Source: Dendrobates tinctorius
Lineage: Eukaryota
Reading direction: 5' to 3'
Length of the DNA stretch: 64,000 nucleotides
Assembly (NCBI RefSeq): GCF_039654945.1
Contig: NW_027361681.1
Location: forward strand, 14,260,001-14,324,000
Positions 1-12,560 of the stretch are shown in pieces. Every line of letters begins with the position of its first letter. Position 1 is the first letter of the stretch. The notes beneath the pieces were generated by a model, which searched no databases, was not told the DNA's origin, and saw nothing but the letters and a program-made list of their open reading frames with translations. The translations under genes and the position numbers were made by a program.

Positions 1-180
1 CTGCCGGTCCCTCTTATCGGGCACAGCCCCGTCTCGCCGGTCCCCGTGCACGCACAGCCCCGTCCCTGCCGGTCCCTCTTATCGGGCACAGCCCCGTCCC
101 TGCCGGTCCCTCTTATCGGGCACAGCCCCGTCCCTGCCGGTCCCTCTTATCGGGCACAGCCCCGTCCCTGCCGGTCCCCG
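1..180. repeat. 34-bp GC-rich minisatellite (probably in MRPS2 intron 1)
   Basis: Unit CTGCCGGTCCCTCTTATCGGGCACAGCCCCGTCC recurs at 1, 66, 100 and 134; truncated by the window edge. Confidence 0.9.
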
Positions 181-238
181 TGAGCACACAACTTCAAGGT
201 GACAACGTCCCAGTCATGTCCAGCAGCAGTGACCTCAC

Positions 239-275
239 CGGTCCGGAGGAATGCCGCCAGAGCAGGGGAAGCCAT
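239..275 (-). CDS. MRPS2: Probable first coding exon of mitochondrial ribosomal protein S2 (rest of gene lies outside the window)
   Basis: Minus-strand ATG at 275 gives MASPALAAFLRT(G), then a G|GTGAGG phase-1 donor at 238. It resembles the start of a mitochondrial presequence. The MRPS2 assignment rests mainly on head-to-head synteny with PIERCE1, as in human. Confidence 0.6.
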
Positions 276-354
276 GCTGTCTGCGCCAGGGTAAGGTCAC
301 GGTGCGCCGACACTTCCTCTCAGGGCGCCTCCTCTTCCAGCAGTCGCTGCTCGG

Positions 355-370
355 TAGCGCCACCTGGTGG
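355..370 (-). promoter_or_regulatory. CTCF-like motif in the MRPS2/PIERCE1 intergenic promoter
   Basis: TAGCGCCACCTGGTGG; reverse complement CCACCAGGTGGCGCTA closely matches the CTCF core. Confidence 0.55.
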
Positions 371-1139
371 AGGAGCTGGGACGTGTTGTGCTCGGCTCTG
401 GAGACAGCAGCGAGCTCCTCACCACGGATCTTGTTGCACTCAGCTTTCCCCAACTTCTGAATGGCAGAATTACTTCTCCTTGCAGGAAAGTTCATTTGCA
501 TTATTTTCCCCTGGAGCTGGGCGTGTAAGGCTCCGTCCCCCCAGTGCTTCATCCTCCGCTCTGACATTCATATAAATTGGTGGTCACCCAGCTTTTCCAG
601 AATCAGACACAGCCATGAAGCAGCGGACGTGTAAGGTAAAGGGGGTCTCTGGGGCCACAAACACGATCAGCAGGTGTCATGGAGATGAGCGAATCCAACA
701 TGTGACGAAAGCTAGGAAAAAATATCAGATTGGGCAGAAATCCATGTTTTTAGTGATGTACTTTGTATCCAGTAAACTAGTGGCCAGCCTTGCGCTGGAT
801 GGGTGATAGGGCCAGGAGGGGTTATACTCCGCTCTACCTGAACCTTTTTTGGTTTGGCGTCTGTAGAGACCCCCGGAGATAATAAACTTTTATCGCAGCA
901 ATTTCAATTGGAACAATTTTATAGGGGTCAAATGGAATTTAGCGTCTGATCTGAAGGAGTCCGCCCCAAAAAACAATCTGGACATGTCTCATCGCAACCC
1001 CCGGACTACTGAGCACAAAGCTCCATACAAATGAGGGGGTCTGCGGGCACTGGGTCTCGTGCAGCCGTCCTGATCACATGATCCACACTGGCCCCTCCCG
1101 CCATTGTATCCCTGGGAGATACTATGTTGCCCTTTGGTG

Positions 1140-1152
1140 GTTTCCTAGCGAC
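1140..1152. promoter_or_regulatory. RFX X-box-like motif upstream of PIERCE1
   Basis: GTTTCCTAGCGAC lies about 70 bp upstream of the ATG; X-boxes are typical of ciliary gene promoters. Confidence 0.5.
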
Positions 1153-1222
1153 AATCTCCATGACGCTGGAGCTGAAACATCAGGATCGACTGATCTCTGT
1201 GCAGCTGCTGCCAGAGGGCACA

Positions 1223-1341
1223 ATGTCTGACTCTGCAGAACCACAGGCGCCCCCAACCCCCCAAACCAGCGACTACTACCGGGTGCAGCCTGACCTGCCT
1301 GCCAGGTTTAATCATCCGGACGCGTGGAGAGGAGGGTACAG
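1223..1341 (+). CDS. PIERCE1: PIERCE1 (C9orf116), coding exon 1
   Basis: MSDSAEPQAPPTPQTSDYYRVQPDLPARFNHPDAWRGGY(R) matches the TSDYYRV..DLP.RFN.P motif; donor AG|GTAAAT at 1342. Confidence 0.93.
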
Positions 1342-1933
1342 GTAAATGGATGGGACAAATACAAGTGCTGAAGCTGTGACAGGGGATAACTGGCTGATTG
1401 CTGAGGGTCCGACCGCTAAGGTCCAAAGAACGGAGCTCTGGAACTCCGACAACCGGATGCAGCCAGTGCAGCGCTCCGCCATTCCGTCCCGCAGCCCTGT
1501 TCTCAGGATTGCTGCTCCCAGCAATCAGCAATTCATCCCCTGGAATTGCAGCCAATTTAATGATCAGCTGTGCCGGACAGGAGGGTACGATTGGTGTCAT
1601 AACCCTCTTCTTACTGCTGCAGATATGTAATGAATGAATGCGCTACTCCATGCCAGCCCCCAGCATCCCGCCATTGTAATACCCTGCTGTCATGTCTGTT
1701 TGTGGTGGGCCTCTACGTAGGATGATCAGACCGCATCTAGAGGCCAAGAAGAACCTTTTTTATTGCATGAAGCCCTGCAGAGCATTCCCTTGTGCACACG
1801 CTAACTGAACGGCTTGACCTTAGTCTGCACTGATCCGGCAGGCCCATGATAGGAGACTTTTCTAGCAGACATGTACTCCACATTTTTGGTTGGGTGAAGA
1901 TCACTTAAGTTTTACTTATTTTTTTTTTTCCAG

Positions 1934-2012
1934 ATCAAAACCGGGGAACCCGCTGTACAGGACAACAAACCAGACGTATGGGAATAAACCGCCGACCGTC
2001 CACGAGATGCCG
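1934..2012 (+). CDS. PIERCE1: PIERCE1, coding exon 2
   Basis: Poly-T CAG acceptor; encodes [26 protein letters not shown]; donor GTGAGA; phases fit exons 1 and 3. Confidence 0.95.
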
Positions 2013-2367
2013 GTGAGACACTGCAATCCTCTGCCGTTGGATCCTACGTAGTCTTTTACATAGCTGGAGGGAGAGGCTAATGACAAGGGGTCTTCAGCTG
2101 AGACTCTCACTCTGTGACAGCCATATTGTCCAATAGGGCACATATATGGGCATTAACCAGGTGGAATGACATTTTTCCACCTATTGTGCCCAAATAAAGC
2201 ATGAGCCCCTCCTGTGGGTGATAGGGCATAATGGGAGCTGTAGTCTTGCAACAGCTAGAAAGTTGTAGGTTGAGGGACCTTGTTGTATGGTTTTGGGCTC
2301 TTTTCTGGGGGACGTCCATCCTCCGCTCGTGATCCCACGTTCCTAATAGCATTTTGTCTATTTCCAG

Positions 2368-2556
2368 ACCACATTTAATGGAGTATCAGATAAGTTTTCA
2401 GAAGCTGCAACCAAGTATGGGATGTTCCGGAACCATGGATTTAACACGTACATTGAGAAGAGCTTTGTGACCGGACCAGACAATCTCATCACTGACAATG
2501 ACCGGCTAAATTTCCATAGGAGCTATAATATGAGTGGCCCATCCGACAGCGCCTGA
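2368..2556 (+). CDS. PIERCE1: PIERCE1, coding exon 3 (128-aa protein in total)
   Basis: TTTCCAG acceptor; encodes TTFNGVSDKFSEAATKYGMFRNHGFNTYIEKSFVTGPDNLITDNDRLNFHRSYNMSGPSDSA*; AATAAA at 2657-2662. Confidence 0.95.
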   Translation, partial: TTFNGVSDKFSEAATKYGMFRNHGFNTYIEKSFVTGPDNLITDNDRLNFHRSYNMSGPSDSA

Positions 2557-2919
2557 TCAACGGCTACAGATAAGACTGAGGCTGTATAAACTGCGAGCTG
2601 GATGACTACTCCCAACATCTACACCTGCATTCATGTCAGGAAATAACAAAAAACTTAATAAAAAGTATAAATCCAAAAATGAAACAGATTCTATAGTCCT
2701 GGAGTACTTTGGTGCTGTCCTGGTGCCATCCGTTCACTATTGTCAGCTTCAGTTATCAAGGAATGTAAAGTGGTATATAGATGGCACCAGAGATCCGCTA
2801 CAGCCTGAGCCCACACTGGCAGATATTCGGTGGTCCTGATTGGGGGGGGGCATCACAGTTATTATTTACTTTTTCCACTTTCATAGTGTGCATCATGCAT
2901 AGGGAGTTTGACCCAATTA

Positions 2920-5010
2920 TACATAGTGGGGAGCAGAGAATAGCAGCCAGCAAGGAGAAAAAATATAGTCATGAAAAGGGATAGTTGAAAGTAGAATACA
3001 GTGGGGAGCAATTGAGAGCGATCAGCAATAATGGGGAGCAAGAGAGAGTGATCATCAATATTGGGGTGCAAGAGAGAGCGATTAGCAATAGTTGGGAACA
3101 AAAGAGAGCAATCCGTGAAAGTGAGGACCAAAAGAGAGGTATCTGCAATAGTGGGGAGCAAAAGAGAACAATCAACAATAGTGGGTCAGCAATAGTGGGG
3201 ATCAAGAGACAGTAATAGTGTAGAGCAAATAAGTGTGACCAATAATAGTGGTGAGCAAAAGAAAGCGATCTGTTATATTGGGGAGTAAGTGACAGTGATC
3301 AGCAATAGCTGGGAACTAAAGAGCAATAAGCAATAGCGGTGTACAATAGAGAACAATCAGGGATACTGGGGAGCAAGAGCGAGCAATCAGCAATCGTGGT
3401 GAGCAAGAGAGCTATCAGGGATAATAGGGAGTGAGAGAGGGATCAGCAATAGTGGGGAGCTAAAGAGAGTGATCAGTAATAGTGAAGAGCAATCAGCAAT
3501 CGTGGGGAACAAAATAGAATGATCAGCAATAGTGGGGGGCAAGTGAAAGAATGATCAGCAATTGTGAGGAGCAAAAGACAAGGATCTGCAATATAGGGTA
3601 GCAAGAGAGAGCAAACAGTGATAGTGGGCAGCAAAATAGTGATCAGGGATAGTGGGGCAGAAAAAAGAGCAATTAGGGATAGTGGGAAGCAAAAGAGAAC
3701 GATCAGTAATAATGGGGAGCAAGAATGAGCGATTAGCAGTAGTGTAGAACAATAGAGTGATCAGTACTAGTGGAGAGCAAAAAGTGATTTGCAATAGGGA
3801 GGAGAAAAAGAAAGCGATCAGTAATAGTGGGGTGAAAAGAGAGCCATCAGGGATTGTGGGAAGCAAAAGACAACAGTCATCAATAGTGGAGAACAAGAGT
3901 GCGATCAAATATCGTGGGGAGCAAGAGAGAATCATCAGGCATGGTGGGGAGCGCAAATAGGAATAGCGGGGATCTAGAGAGCGATACAGGGGAGTAAGTG
4001 AGAGCAATCAGCAATAGAGAGAAGCAAAAGCGAGTGAGCATAGTGGGGTGCAAAGGAGAGTAATCAGCAATAGTGGGAAGAAAAAGAGTGATCAGAAATA
4101 GTGGGGAGCAAAAGAGAACAATCAACAATAGTGGGGAGCAAGAAAAAACGATTGGGCATAGTGTTGAACAAAAGAGAATGATCAGGGATAATAGGAAGCA
4201 AAAGAGACCAATCAGCATTTATATGGAGCAAAAGAGAACGATCATCAATAGTGGGAAGCAAGAAAAAGCGATCAGGGATATTGTGAAACAAGAGAGAGAG
4301 ATCAGCAATAGTAGGAAGCAAAAGAAAGTGATCAGTAATAGTGTGGAGCAAAACAGCGATCAGCAATAGTGGGGAGCAAAAGAGCAATCAGAAATGGAGG
4401 GGAGCAAAAGAGCAATAGAGGAGAGCAATCAGGCATAGTGAGGAGCGCAAAAAGGGATAATAAGGAGTAAAAGAGCGATCAGCAATACTGGGGAGCAAGA
4501 GCAAGTAATCAGAAATTGTGTGGCGCAAAAGCGAGCAATCAGCAGTGGTGGGTAGCAAAAGAGAGTAATCAGCTATAGTGGGGAGCAAGAGAGAGCGATC
4601 AGTCATTGTGGGGTAAAGGGATTCCTCAGCAATAATGGGAGCAAGAGAGTAATCAGCGATAGTGGGGAGCAAGAGAGAGTAATCAGTGATAGTGGGGAGT
4701 AAAAGAGCGATCAGCTATAGTGGGGAGCAATCTGATAATAGGGAGCAAAAGAGAGCAATTGGCAATAAAGCGAAGTGAGAGTAAGTGATCCAGGACAGTA
4801 AAGAGCAAGAGACTGCGATCAACAATAATGAAGAGCAAGAGAGCTATTGAGGAAAGTGAAGAGCAAGAGAGAGCGATCAGCAACAGTGGGGATCAAGAGA
4901 GAGTAATCAGTGATCAATGTGAAAAAAGAGTGCTAGTAGCAATAATGAGGAGCAAGAGAGAATGATAATGGGGAGGACAGAGCCATCAGCGCTAGCAGGG
5001 AGCAGGATAC
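2920..5010. repeat. Degenerate ~30-bp purine-rich satellite
   Basis: Many diverged copies of approximately CAGCAATAGTGGGGAGCAAGAGAGAGCGAT; accounts for the repetitive ORFs here. Confidence 0.9.
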
Positions 5011-5349
5011 AGAGGGGAGCCGGGTGGAGAAGGGGATACACCACTGTTCTTTTTTGATGGTGTTGCACATTTTGTCATTATGCTGACAGGGTGTACTGGG
5101 AGCTACATTTGCTGTGTACATTGCCATAGAATATGTTGGCTCTTTGTAAAGAATTGTAATAACTGCTAAGAAGTTTCTAAACTGAATGAAACCTTTACAA
5201 ACATTTTATTCTGAACAGGAAATCTAACACAATGGAGATGTCCTTGAAGACGTCGTCGTAACATTGTACGTATGGTTCTCTGGGTGCAGCACTCGTATAG
5301 TGGAGCATCCATGGTCCCAATACCCTCAGCAATAACATCCGAAGATTGG

Positions 5350-5914
5350 TTAAAGGGATTGTCCACCATTGGGGCCAATTTTGTTTCCTTACTTAAGTGC
5401 ATGTAATTGTGGCTAAAAATAATTGTTGTAGTTTAGTTGCCCCGTTTGCCTTCCATAGCTGCTGTATTACGCTGTTTGTTGCTGACTGCAGTAGCAGGTA
5501 ACGGGATCGGCTCCATTCTCTTTATTAGATGTGTTGGAGACATGATTAGCGGCACTGACTATTGCACAGGTATGACAGGTTCTCCTGTGCGGAGGAGCAT
5601 GTGACCAGACACGCCCATCAGTCTCCTCCAACAGAAACGCAGCATTCTCATGAGGCTGGTCACATGATTCTCCACCAGCAGCCGGAGGAGAACCTGTCAG
5701 ACCTGTGCCACTAATCATGTCTCCAACACACGTGATAAAGGTAATGTGGCTGACCCCATTATTGCAGCCAGCACCAGCCAGTGTGATACCACGGCTGCAG
5801 GAGGCAAACGGGGCAAAATGTTTAAAGAAACTCAGAGGTCAAAATTATTTTTAGACCCAATGTCATGCATTTATGCAAGAAAAAAATAGTTCTCAAAGAG
5901 GACAACCCCTTTAA
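5350..5914. mobile_element. T2-type (Kolobok-related) palindromic MITE
   Basis: TTAA-AGGGATTGTCC ... GGACAACCCCT-TTAA ends; internal inverted symmetry. Confidence 0.75.
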
Positions 5915-6138
5915 GGAATGACAATTAGTCCAACTATTAAATGGACTCAGCATAGAATGACAGTTCAAACCAAGTACAGGCGCTCGGTGCATCATGGTGC
6001 GGCCAAACGATTAAGGACACCCTCCCACCTGCCTCTTTTCCATCTATCTCCACCCCCTCCCTCTTCTTTGATTGACAGCTCTGGCTTCAGAAAGGCAGGG
6101 ATAGATGGAACAAAAGAAGGTGTGAAAATGGACTATAA

Positions 6139-6310
6139 GGGCTCATACTCCCTTGCGAGAGACTCGCACGATTCTCCCCGAGTCTCTCACATGAAAACCT
6201 GGCACTGCCGCCGGCACTGGGACCGGAGCATGCGGATACATGTATTTCTATGCAGCTGCACGCTCTAGTCCGAGTGCCAGCGGCAGTCTCTCGCAAGTGA
6301 GTATGAGCCC
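6139..6310. mobile_element. PIF/Harbinger-type MITE
   Basis: TIRs GGGCTCATACTC/GAGTATGAGCCC with a TAA TSD on both sides. Confidence 0.8.
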
Positions 6311-6655
6311 TAAGGTGTATTCCCATCTCCAAGATCCTATCTCAATATGTAGTAGGTGTAATAATAGTATTATCAAATACCTCCAATTAGAAATGTAATA
6401 TAGTTTTTCTGATTAGCTATGTCACTTACCTCATGGGCAGGCATTGCAGGACCTTAGATATCCATGGTTACGACCACTAAGAACTAGCTTACTGTCACTA
6501 TATCAGTGGTTGTAACCATGGATACCTAAGGTCCTGCAATGCCTGCATATGAGGTAAGCGACATAGCTAATCAGAAAAACTATACTACATTTTTATTTGA
6601 CGGTACTTGCTAATATTATTATTACACCTACTACATATTGGGATAGGATCTCAGA
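6311..6655. mobile_element. T2-type palindromic MITE (copy 1)
   Basis: Near-perfect palindrome (GATCCTATC..ATATGTAGTAGGTGTAATAAT / ATTATTACACCTACTACATATTGGGATAGGATC); same family as 7055-7425. Confidence 0.7.
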
Positions 6656-7054
6656 GTTGTATAAGAGGATGTTTCGTTCGGGACAGGAAAGCTGTGACCG
6701 GACATTGCGTGCATGGACATGTGACACCGGCCTTAACTGGGCAATACAAAAAAATATAAAAGCAACATAAACAAACTAGAGTTCCCTCCCATTCACAATG
6801 GTGTCAGTCTCTGCAGCTATGATACTGGTGTGACCTGACACAATAACAATTAATAAGGAACATAAACAACACTGATACAGCAACCAATCTTGTGTGACAT
6901 CCTTCCTTCTGGTTTCTGACATCTTACAATGGTACAATGTAACAGTAATCTAACAAACAATGTGTCACAGCTCACCCCATTATATGGTTGTGGGGTCTGC
7001 ACTCCGCACAGTTGCTCCTAGAGGTCTGCACATCAATTATCCTCATCATTAAAC

Positions 7055-7425
7055 TTAAAGGGGTATTCCTAGCTCCAAGATCCTATCCCCATATGTAGTA
7101 GGTGTAATAATATTACCAAGTACCTTCAATTAGAAATGTAGTATAGTTCTTCTGATTCACTACACTATGTTGCCTACCTCAAATGCAGGGCATTGCAGTA
7201 GCTTAGGTATCTATGATTACAATCACACATATAGGGATAGGTAATTAGTTGTTAGTGGTTGTAATTATGGATAACTAAGCTACTGCAGTGCCTGCTCATG
7301 AGGTAAGCAGAATTGCAAATCAGAAGAACTATACATTTCTAACTGGAGGTATTTTCTAATATTATTATTATTATTACTACACCTACTACATATTGGGATA
7401 AGATCTTGTAGATGTGAATACCCCG
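7055..7425. mobile_element. T2-type palindromic MITE (copy 2)
   Basis: Starts TTAAAGGGGTATTC and ends GAATACCCC; palindromic. Confidence 0.75.
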
Positions 7426-7907
7426 ATAACTGTAGGCAATTGTTTTATAGAAGTGTAACAGTGGTTTTATTTCAGAATATTGGAACTGCTCCCTATTACT
7501 GTGGGAGGGACTAAACAATTACATGGAGGATCAGTGGCGACTGTGATTGACCGACTCCTGGGAAAGGCGGAGAACGCTGAGATGCCGCACAATCCCCGCT
7601 AATCAGCAGAAATTCCCTATACAAAAAGAAAGCGAAAATGAGGGAAAGTCAAAACAGCAAAACATGAGAACAATCCGAGTATCAGTACACTTGCATCTTC
7701 TTTCTCTACGGCTCTCTGTTATCAGCCATTTCAGGAAGTGGTGAGGGTACTGTAGGACAGGTGAGTACAACCCCTGGAAAAATTATGGAATCACTGGCCT
7801 TGGAGGATGTTCATTCAGTTGTTTAATTTTGTAGAAAAAAAGCTGATCACAGACAGCACAAAACTAAAGTCATTTCAAATGGCAACTTTCTGGTTAAGAA
7901 ACACTTA

Positions 7908-8693
7908 GGCTGTGTGCACACATTGCGGTTTTTTTGCGCTTTTGCGGCGTTTTTCCGCTGCAGAATTGCCACGAAAACGCGAAGAAAACGAATCCCATGC
8001 AATCCTATGGGATTACGCAATTCCGTGCTAATGCTGCGGATTTTTCCGCTGCGGAATCGCATAGTGGAAAAATCTGCAGCATGCTCATTCTTTTTGCGGA
8101 ATTGCGGCGATTCCGTCCACATAGGAGTGCATTGATCCGCTGACTTTCCGCATGTGGCTATGCCCACCATGCGCAAAGTCAGCGGATCATGTGTGGATGG
8201 TACCCAGGGCCTGGAGGACAGGAGGCTCTCCTCCAGGCCCTGGGTACCATAATCCTGTAAAAAATAGAATAAAAACAAAAAATAGTGATATACTCACCCT
8301 CCGGACTCTTTCCCTCCTCTCACCACGCTCCTGACATCTTCCGGTCCCAGTAATGCTTTGCGCGAATGACCGCTGATGACGTCGCGCTCTCGCGAGCGTG
8401 ACGTCATCTCAGGTCCTTCGTGCAAAGCATTGCTGGGACCGGAAGATGCCGGGAGCGCCGTAGAGCAGATCGGGGGCCGTCGGAAGGTGAGAATAACAAT
8501 ATTCTTTTTATTATTTTAACATCCAATTTCCAAGCGATGCTAATCGCTTGGAATGCGCAAGCGAAAAACGTTTGCAATACGCTTCTTTTCCGCGGGAAAA
8601 ATGTATGCGAATTCGCATGCGTTTTACCCACGGCAGGAATGTGGAAATGTTGCGGAAATTTCCGCAGCATTTCTGCAACGTGGGTACATAGCC
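7908..8693. mobile_element. Harbinger-type MITE nested in Tc1
   Basis: GGCTGTGTGCACAC ... GTGGGTACATAGCC TIRs, flanked by TTA/TAA. Confidence 0.8.
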
Positions 8694-8773
8694 TAAAAGA
8701 AATCAAAAACAAAAATTGTGGTGGTCAGTAATGGTTACTTTTTTAAACCAAGCATAGGGGAAAAATTATGGAG

Positions 8774-9110
8774 GAAATAGCAAAGCCACTAAAGAAGACT
8801 AAAAGTCTCCAAAAATTCATTTTTAAACAGCAGACAAAAAGGCAGCAACACTTACCTGCCCAGATCTTGGAACAAATGCACTGCAGGGTGCAGCCAGTCC
8901 ATAAAGCAAGATGTTAGCAACACAGGTGCAAAATACCGGAACAACAGCCTTTCTCCACATACCCATTCCTGGAGAGGGTGACTGCCTAGTATACAATTGC
9001 ACAATAAAGGCCCACATAGGGCGCTGTTCACACAAAATTGTGCAATTGTATACTGGGCAGTCACAGTTGGGCAGGTAATCGTTGCTGCCTTTTTGTCTGC
9101 TGTTTAAAAA
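8774..9110. mobile_element. Non-coding fold-back insertion with a 14-bp TSD
   Basis: TSD GAAAAATTATGGAG/GAAAAAATATGGAG; inverted repeat ~8821-8862 versus ~9069-9110. Confidence 0.65.
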
Positions 9111-10661
9111 GAAAAAATATGGAGTCACTCAATTCTGAGGAAAAAAATATGGAATCATGAAAAACAAACAAAAAAAAAAACACTCCAACACATCACTAGT
9201 ATTTTGTTGCACCACCTCTGGCTTTTATAACAGCTTGCAGTCTCTGAGGCATGGACTTAATGAGTGTCACACAGTTCTCTTCATCAATCTGGCTCCAACT
9301 TTCTCTGACTGCTGTTCCAGATCAGCTTTGCAGGTTGGAGCCTTGTCATGGACCATTTTCTTCAACTTCCACCAAAGATTTTCAATTGGATTGAGATCCG
9401 GACTATTTGCAGGCCATGACATTGACCTTATGTGTCTTTTTTCAAGGAATGTTTGCACAGTTTTTGCTCTATGGCAGGATGCATTACCATCTGGAAAAAT
9501 GATTTCATCATCCCCAAACATCCTTTTAATTGATGGGATAAGAAAAAAGTGTCCATAATATCAACATAAACTTGTGTATTTATTGAAGATGTAATGACAG
9601 CCATCTCCCCAGTGCCTTTACCCGACATGCAGCCCCATATCATCAATGACTGTGGAAATTTGCATGTTCTCTTCAGGCAGTCATCTTTATAAACCTCATT
9701 GAAACGGCACCAAACAAAAGTTCCAGCATCATCACCTTGCCCAATGCAGATTCGCGATTCATCACTGAATATGACTTTCATCCAGTCATCCACAGTCCAC
9801 GATTCCTTTTCCTTAGCCCATTATAACCTTGTTTTTTCTGTTTAGGTGTTAATGCTGGCTTTTGTTTAGCTTTTCTGTATGTAAACCCCATTTCCTTTAG
9901 GCAGTTTCTTACAGTTCAGTCACAGACGTTAACTCCAGTTTCCTCCCATTCGTTCCTCACTTGTTTTGTTGTGCATATTCCTGTTTTGGAGACATATTGC
10001 TTTAAGTTTCTGGTCTTGACACTTTGATGTCTTCCTTGGCCTACCAGTATGTTTGCCTTTAACAACCTTCCCATGTTGTTTGTATTTGGTCCAGATTTTA
10101 GACACAGTTGACTGTTAACAACCAACATCTTTTGCAACATTTCGTGATGATTTACCCTCTTTTAAGAGTTTGATATTCCTCTCCTTTGTTTCAATTGACA
10201 TCTCTCGTGTTGAAGCCATGATTCATGTCAGTCCACTTAGTGCAACAACTCTCCAAGGTGTGATCACTCCTTTTTAGATGCAGACTAATGAGCAGATCTA
10301 ATTTGATGCAGGTGTTAGTTTTGAGAATGAAAATTTACAGGGTGATTCCATAATTTTTTCCCTCAGAATTGATTGATTCCACAATTTTTCCCCTATGCTT
10401 GGTGTAAAAAAAGTAACTATTACTGACTACCACATTTTTTGGGCAGAGCAGAATACTGCAGTGCTCAGGCGCCGGACCTCTCTCCGCGTCTGCACACTGC
10501 AGGACTCTGCTCTGCCCTCAACAGGGCAGAGCAGTGCGCCTGCACAGGAGCCACGACAGGAAGGACAAAAGAGGACTGCATCGTATAAAGATAGGAGGCG
10601 CCGGACCGGTACACCCATCGGACCGGGTGTATAATCTAACTCTTTTTTCTTAACTTTCAGG

Positions 10662-12560
10662 TAGTCACATGTCCTACAGTCATCTCTCCCCAATATAATA
10701 GATTGTACTCACCTGTCCTACAGTCTCCTCTCCCCAGTAATGTCTGATAACAGGGAGTAATAGATTGTACTCACCTGTCCTACAGTCTCCTCCCCCCAGT
10801 AATGGCTGATAACAGGGAGTAATAGATTGTACTCACCTGTCCTACAGTCTCCTCTCCCCAGTAATGGCTGATAACAGAGTAATAGATTGTACTTACCTGT
10901 CCTACAGTCTCCTCTCCCCAGTAATGGCTGATAACAGGGAGTAATAGATTGTAGTTACCTGTCCTACAGTCTCCTCTCCCCAGTAATGGCTGATAACAGG
11001 GAGCAATAGATTGTACTCACCTGTCCTACAGTCTCCTCTCCCCAGTAATAGCTGATAACAGGGAGTAATAGATTGTAGTCACCTGTCCTACAGTCTCCTC
11101 TCCCCAGTAATGGCTGATAACAGGGAGTAATAGATTGTAGTCACCTGTCCTACAGTCTCCTCTCCCCAGTAATAGCTGATAACAGGGAGTAATAGATTGC
11201 AGTCACCTGTCCTACAGTCTCCTCCCCCCAGTAATGATTGATAACAGGGAGTAATAGATTGTACTCACCTGTCCTACAGTCTCTTCTCCCCAGTAATAGC
11301 TGATAACAGGGAGTAATAGATTGTACTCACCTGTCCTACAGTCTCCTCTCCTCAGTAATGGCTGATAACAGGGAGTAATAGATTGTAGTCACCTGTCCTA
11401 CAGTCTCCTCTCCCCAGTAATGGCTGATAACAGGGATTAATAGATTGTACTCACCTGTCCTACAGTCTCCTCTCCCCAGTAATGGCTGATAACCGGGAGT
11501 AATAGATTGTACTCACCTGTCCTACAGTCTCCTCTCCCCAGTTATGGCTGATAACAGGGAGTAATAGATTGTAGACACCTGTCCTACAGTCTCCTCTCCC
11601 CAGTAATGGCTGATAACAGGGAGTAATAGATTGTAGTCACCTGTCCTACAGTCTCCTCTCCCCAGTAATAGCTGATAACAGGGAGTAATAGATTGTACTC
11701 ACCTGTCCTACAGTCTCCTCTCCTCAGTAATGGCTGATAACATTGAGTAATAGATTGTAGTCACCTGTCCTACAGTCTCCTCTCCCCAGTAATGGCTGAT
11801 AACAGGGATTAATAGATTGTACTCACCTGTCCTACAGTCTCCTCTCCCCAGTAATGGCTGATAACAGGGAGTAATAGATTGTACTCAACTGTCCTACTAT
11901 CATGGGGTTACCGTGACAGCGTGGAATTAGAAAGACCGCAGCTTCTGATTGCTCCTACTCTGGCGCTGAGAAGAAGCAATTCTTCATTTTAATCAGCCAT
12001 GTTGGATATCTCTGTGCTCGCAGCTGAGCTGACTTAGTCACTCCTTTCCCCTTTATAATCTGGGCTCTATTACAAATCCTTGTCAGTGCTAGCATTTGCA
12101 GCATGGCTAACTGATGGAGAGGAGTTATCTGTGACTGTTGCTTGGTTTGTATGTGTGGTAATTCCCTATCTTTCTCTATTTTGGTTTATTCCCCTACTTC
12201 AATGCCGCATTGCATTCCTCTGTTATATGTGAGTGATTATTTTGTATGCCTGGAGTTTTCGTATTGCCTTGTTTGACGGGTTGGTGTACTTCGGTGCACA
12301 GTAGCGCCCCTCTTCCCTGGGTGACGGAAGAGAACAGACGGAGGGCTAACTCAGGAGATAAGGAAAGGGTGGAGGCCCCGGATTCTTCACCTTCAGAAGT
12401 ATCCCGGGGAGTAGGACGAGCTAGGGCGCCCCCTAGTTTTAAGAACAGGGAAGGACCCCCTGGTCCCCTGACAGCTGTGTCGTGACACCTACAGTCTCCT
12501 CTCCCCAGTAATGACTGATAACATGGAGTAATAAATTGTAATAGAGAGTAATAGAAGCAT
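10662..12560. repeat. 62-bp tandem satellite (~20 copies), interrupted by a solo LTR
   Basis: Unit CTCACCTGTCCTACAGTCTCCTCTCCCCAGTAATGGCTGATAACAGGGAGTAATAGATTGTA; period 62 (10770, 10832, ...); resumes at 12488. Confidence 0.95.
11898..12487 (+). mobile_element. Solo LTR (590 bp)
   Basis: TATCATG (decayed TGTCACG) ... CGTGACA ends; 5-bp TSD CCTAC. Confidence 0.8.

Larger units (their letters stand above)
7768..10440 (-). mobile_element. Decayed Tc1 transposon (IR/DR type), right end truncated
   Basis: TA|CAACCCCTGGAAAAATTATGGAATCAC left TIR. Frameshifted transposase with VIFSDES, FPDGNASCH and [15 protein letters not shown] motifs (9267-10230). Inverted DR region at 10340-10440. Confidence 0.9.

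Noticed and set aside
2862-4883. Many Leu/Ile-rich or Lys/Glu-rich ORFs
   Set aside because: Translations of the 30-bp satellite; no protein motif.
10662-11897. Regular repeat array resembling CRISPR
   Set aside because: Head-to-tail units with no unique spacers, no cas genes, and a eukaryotic context.
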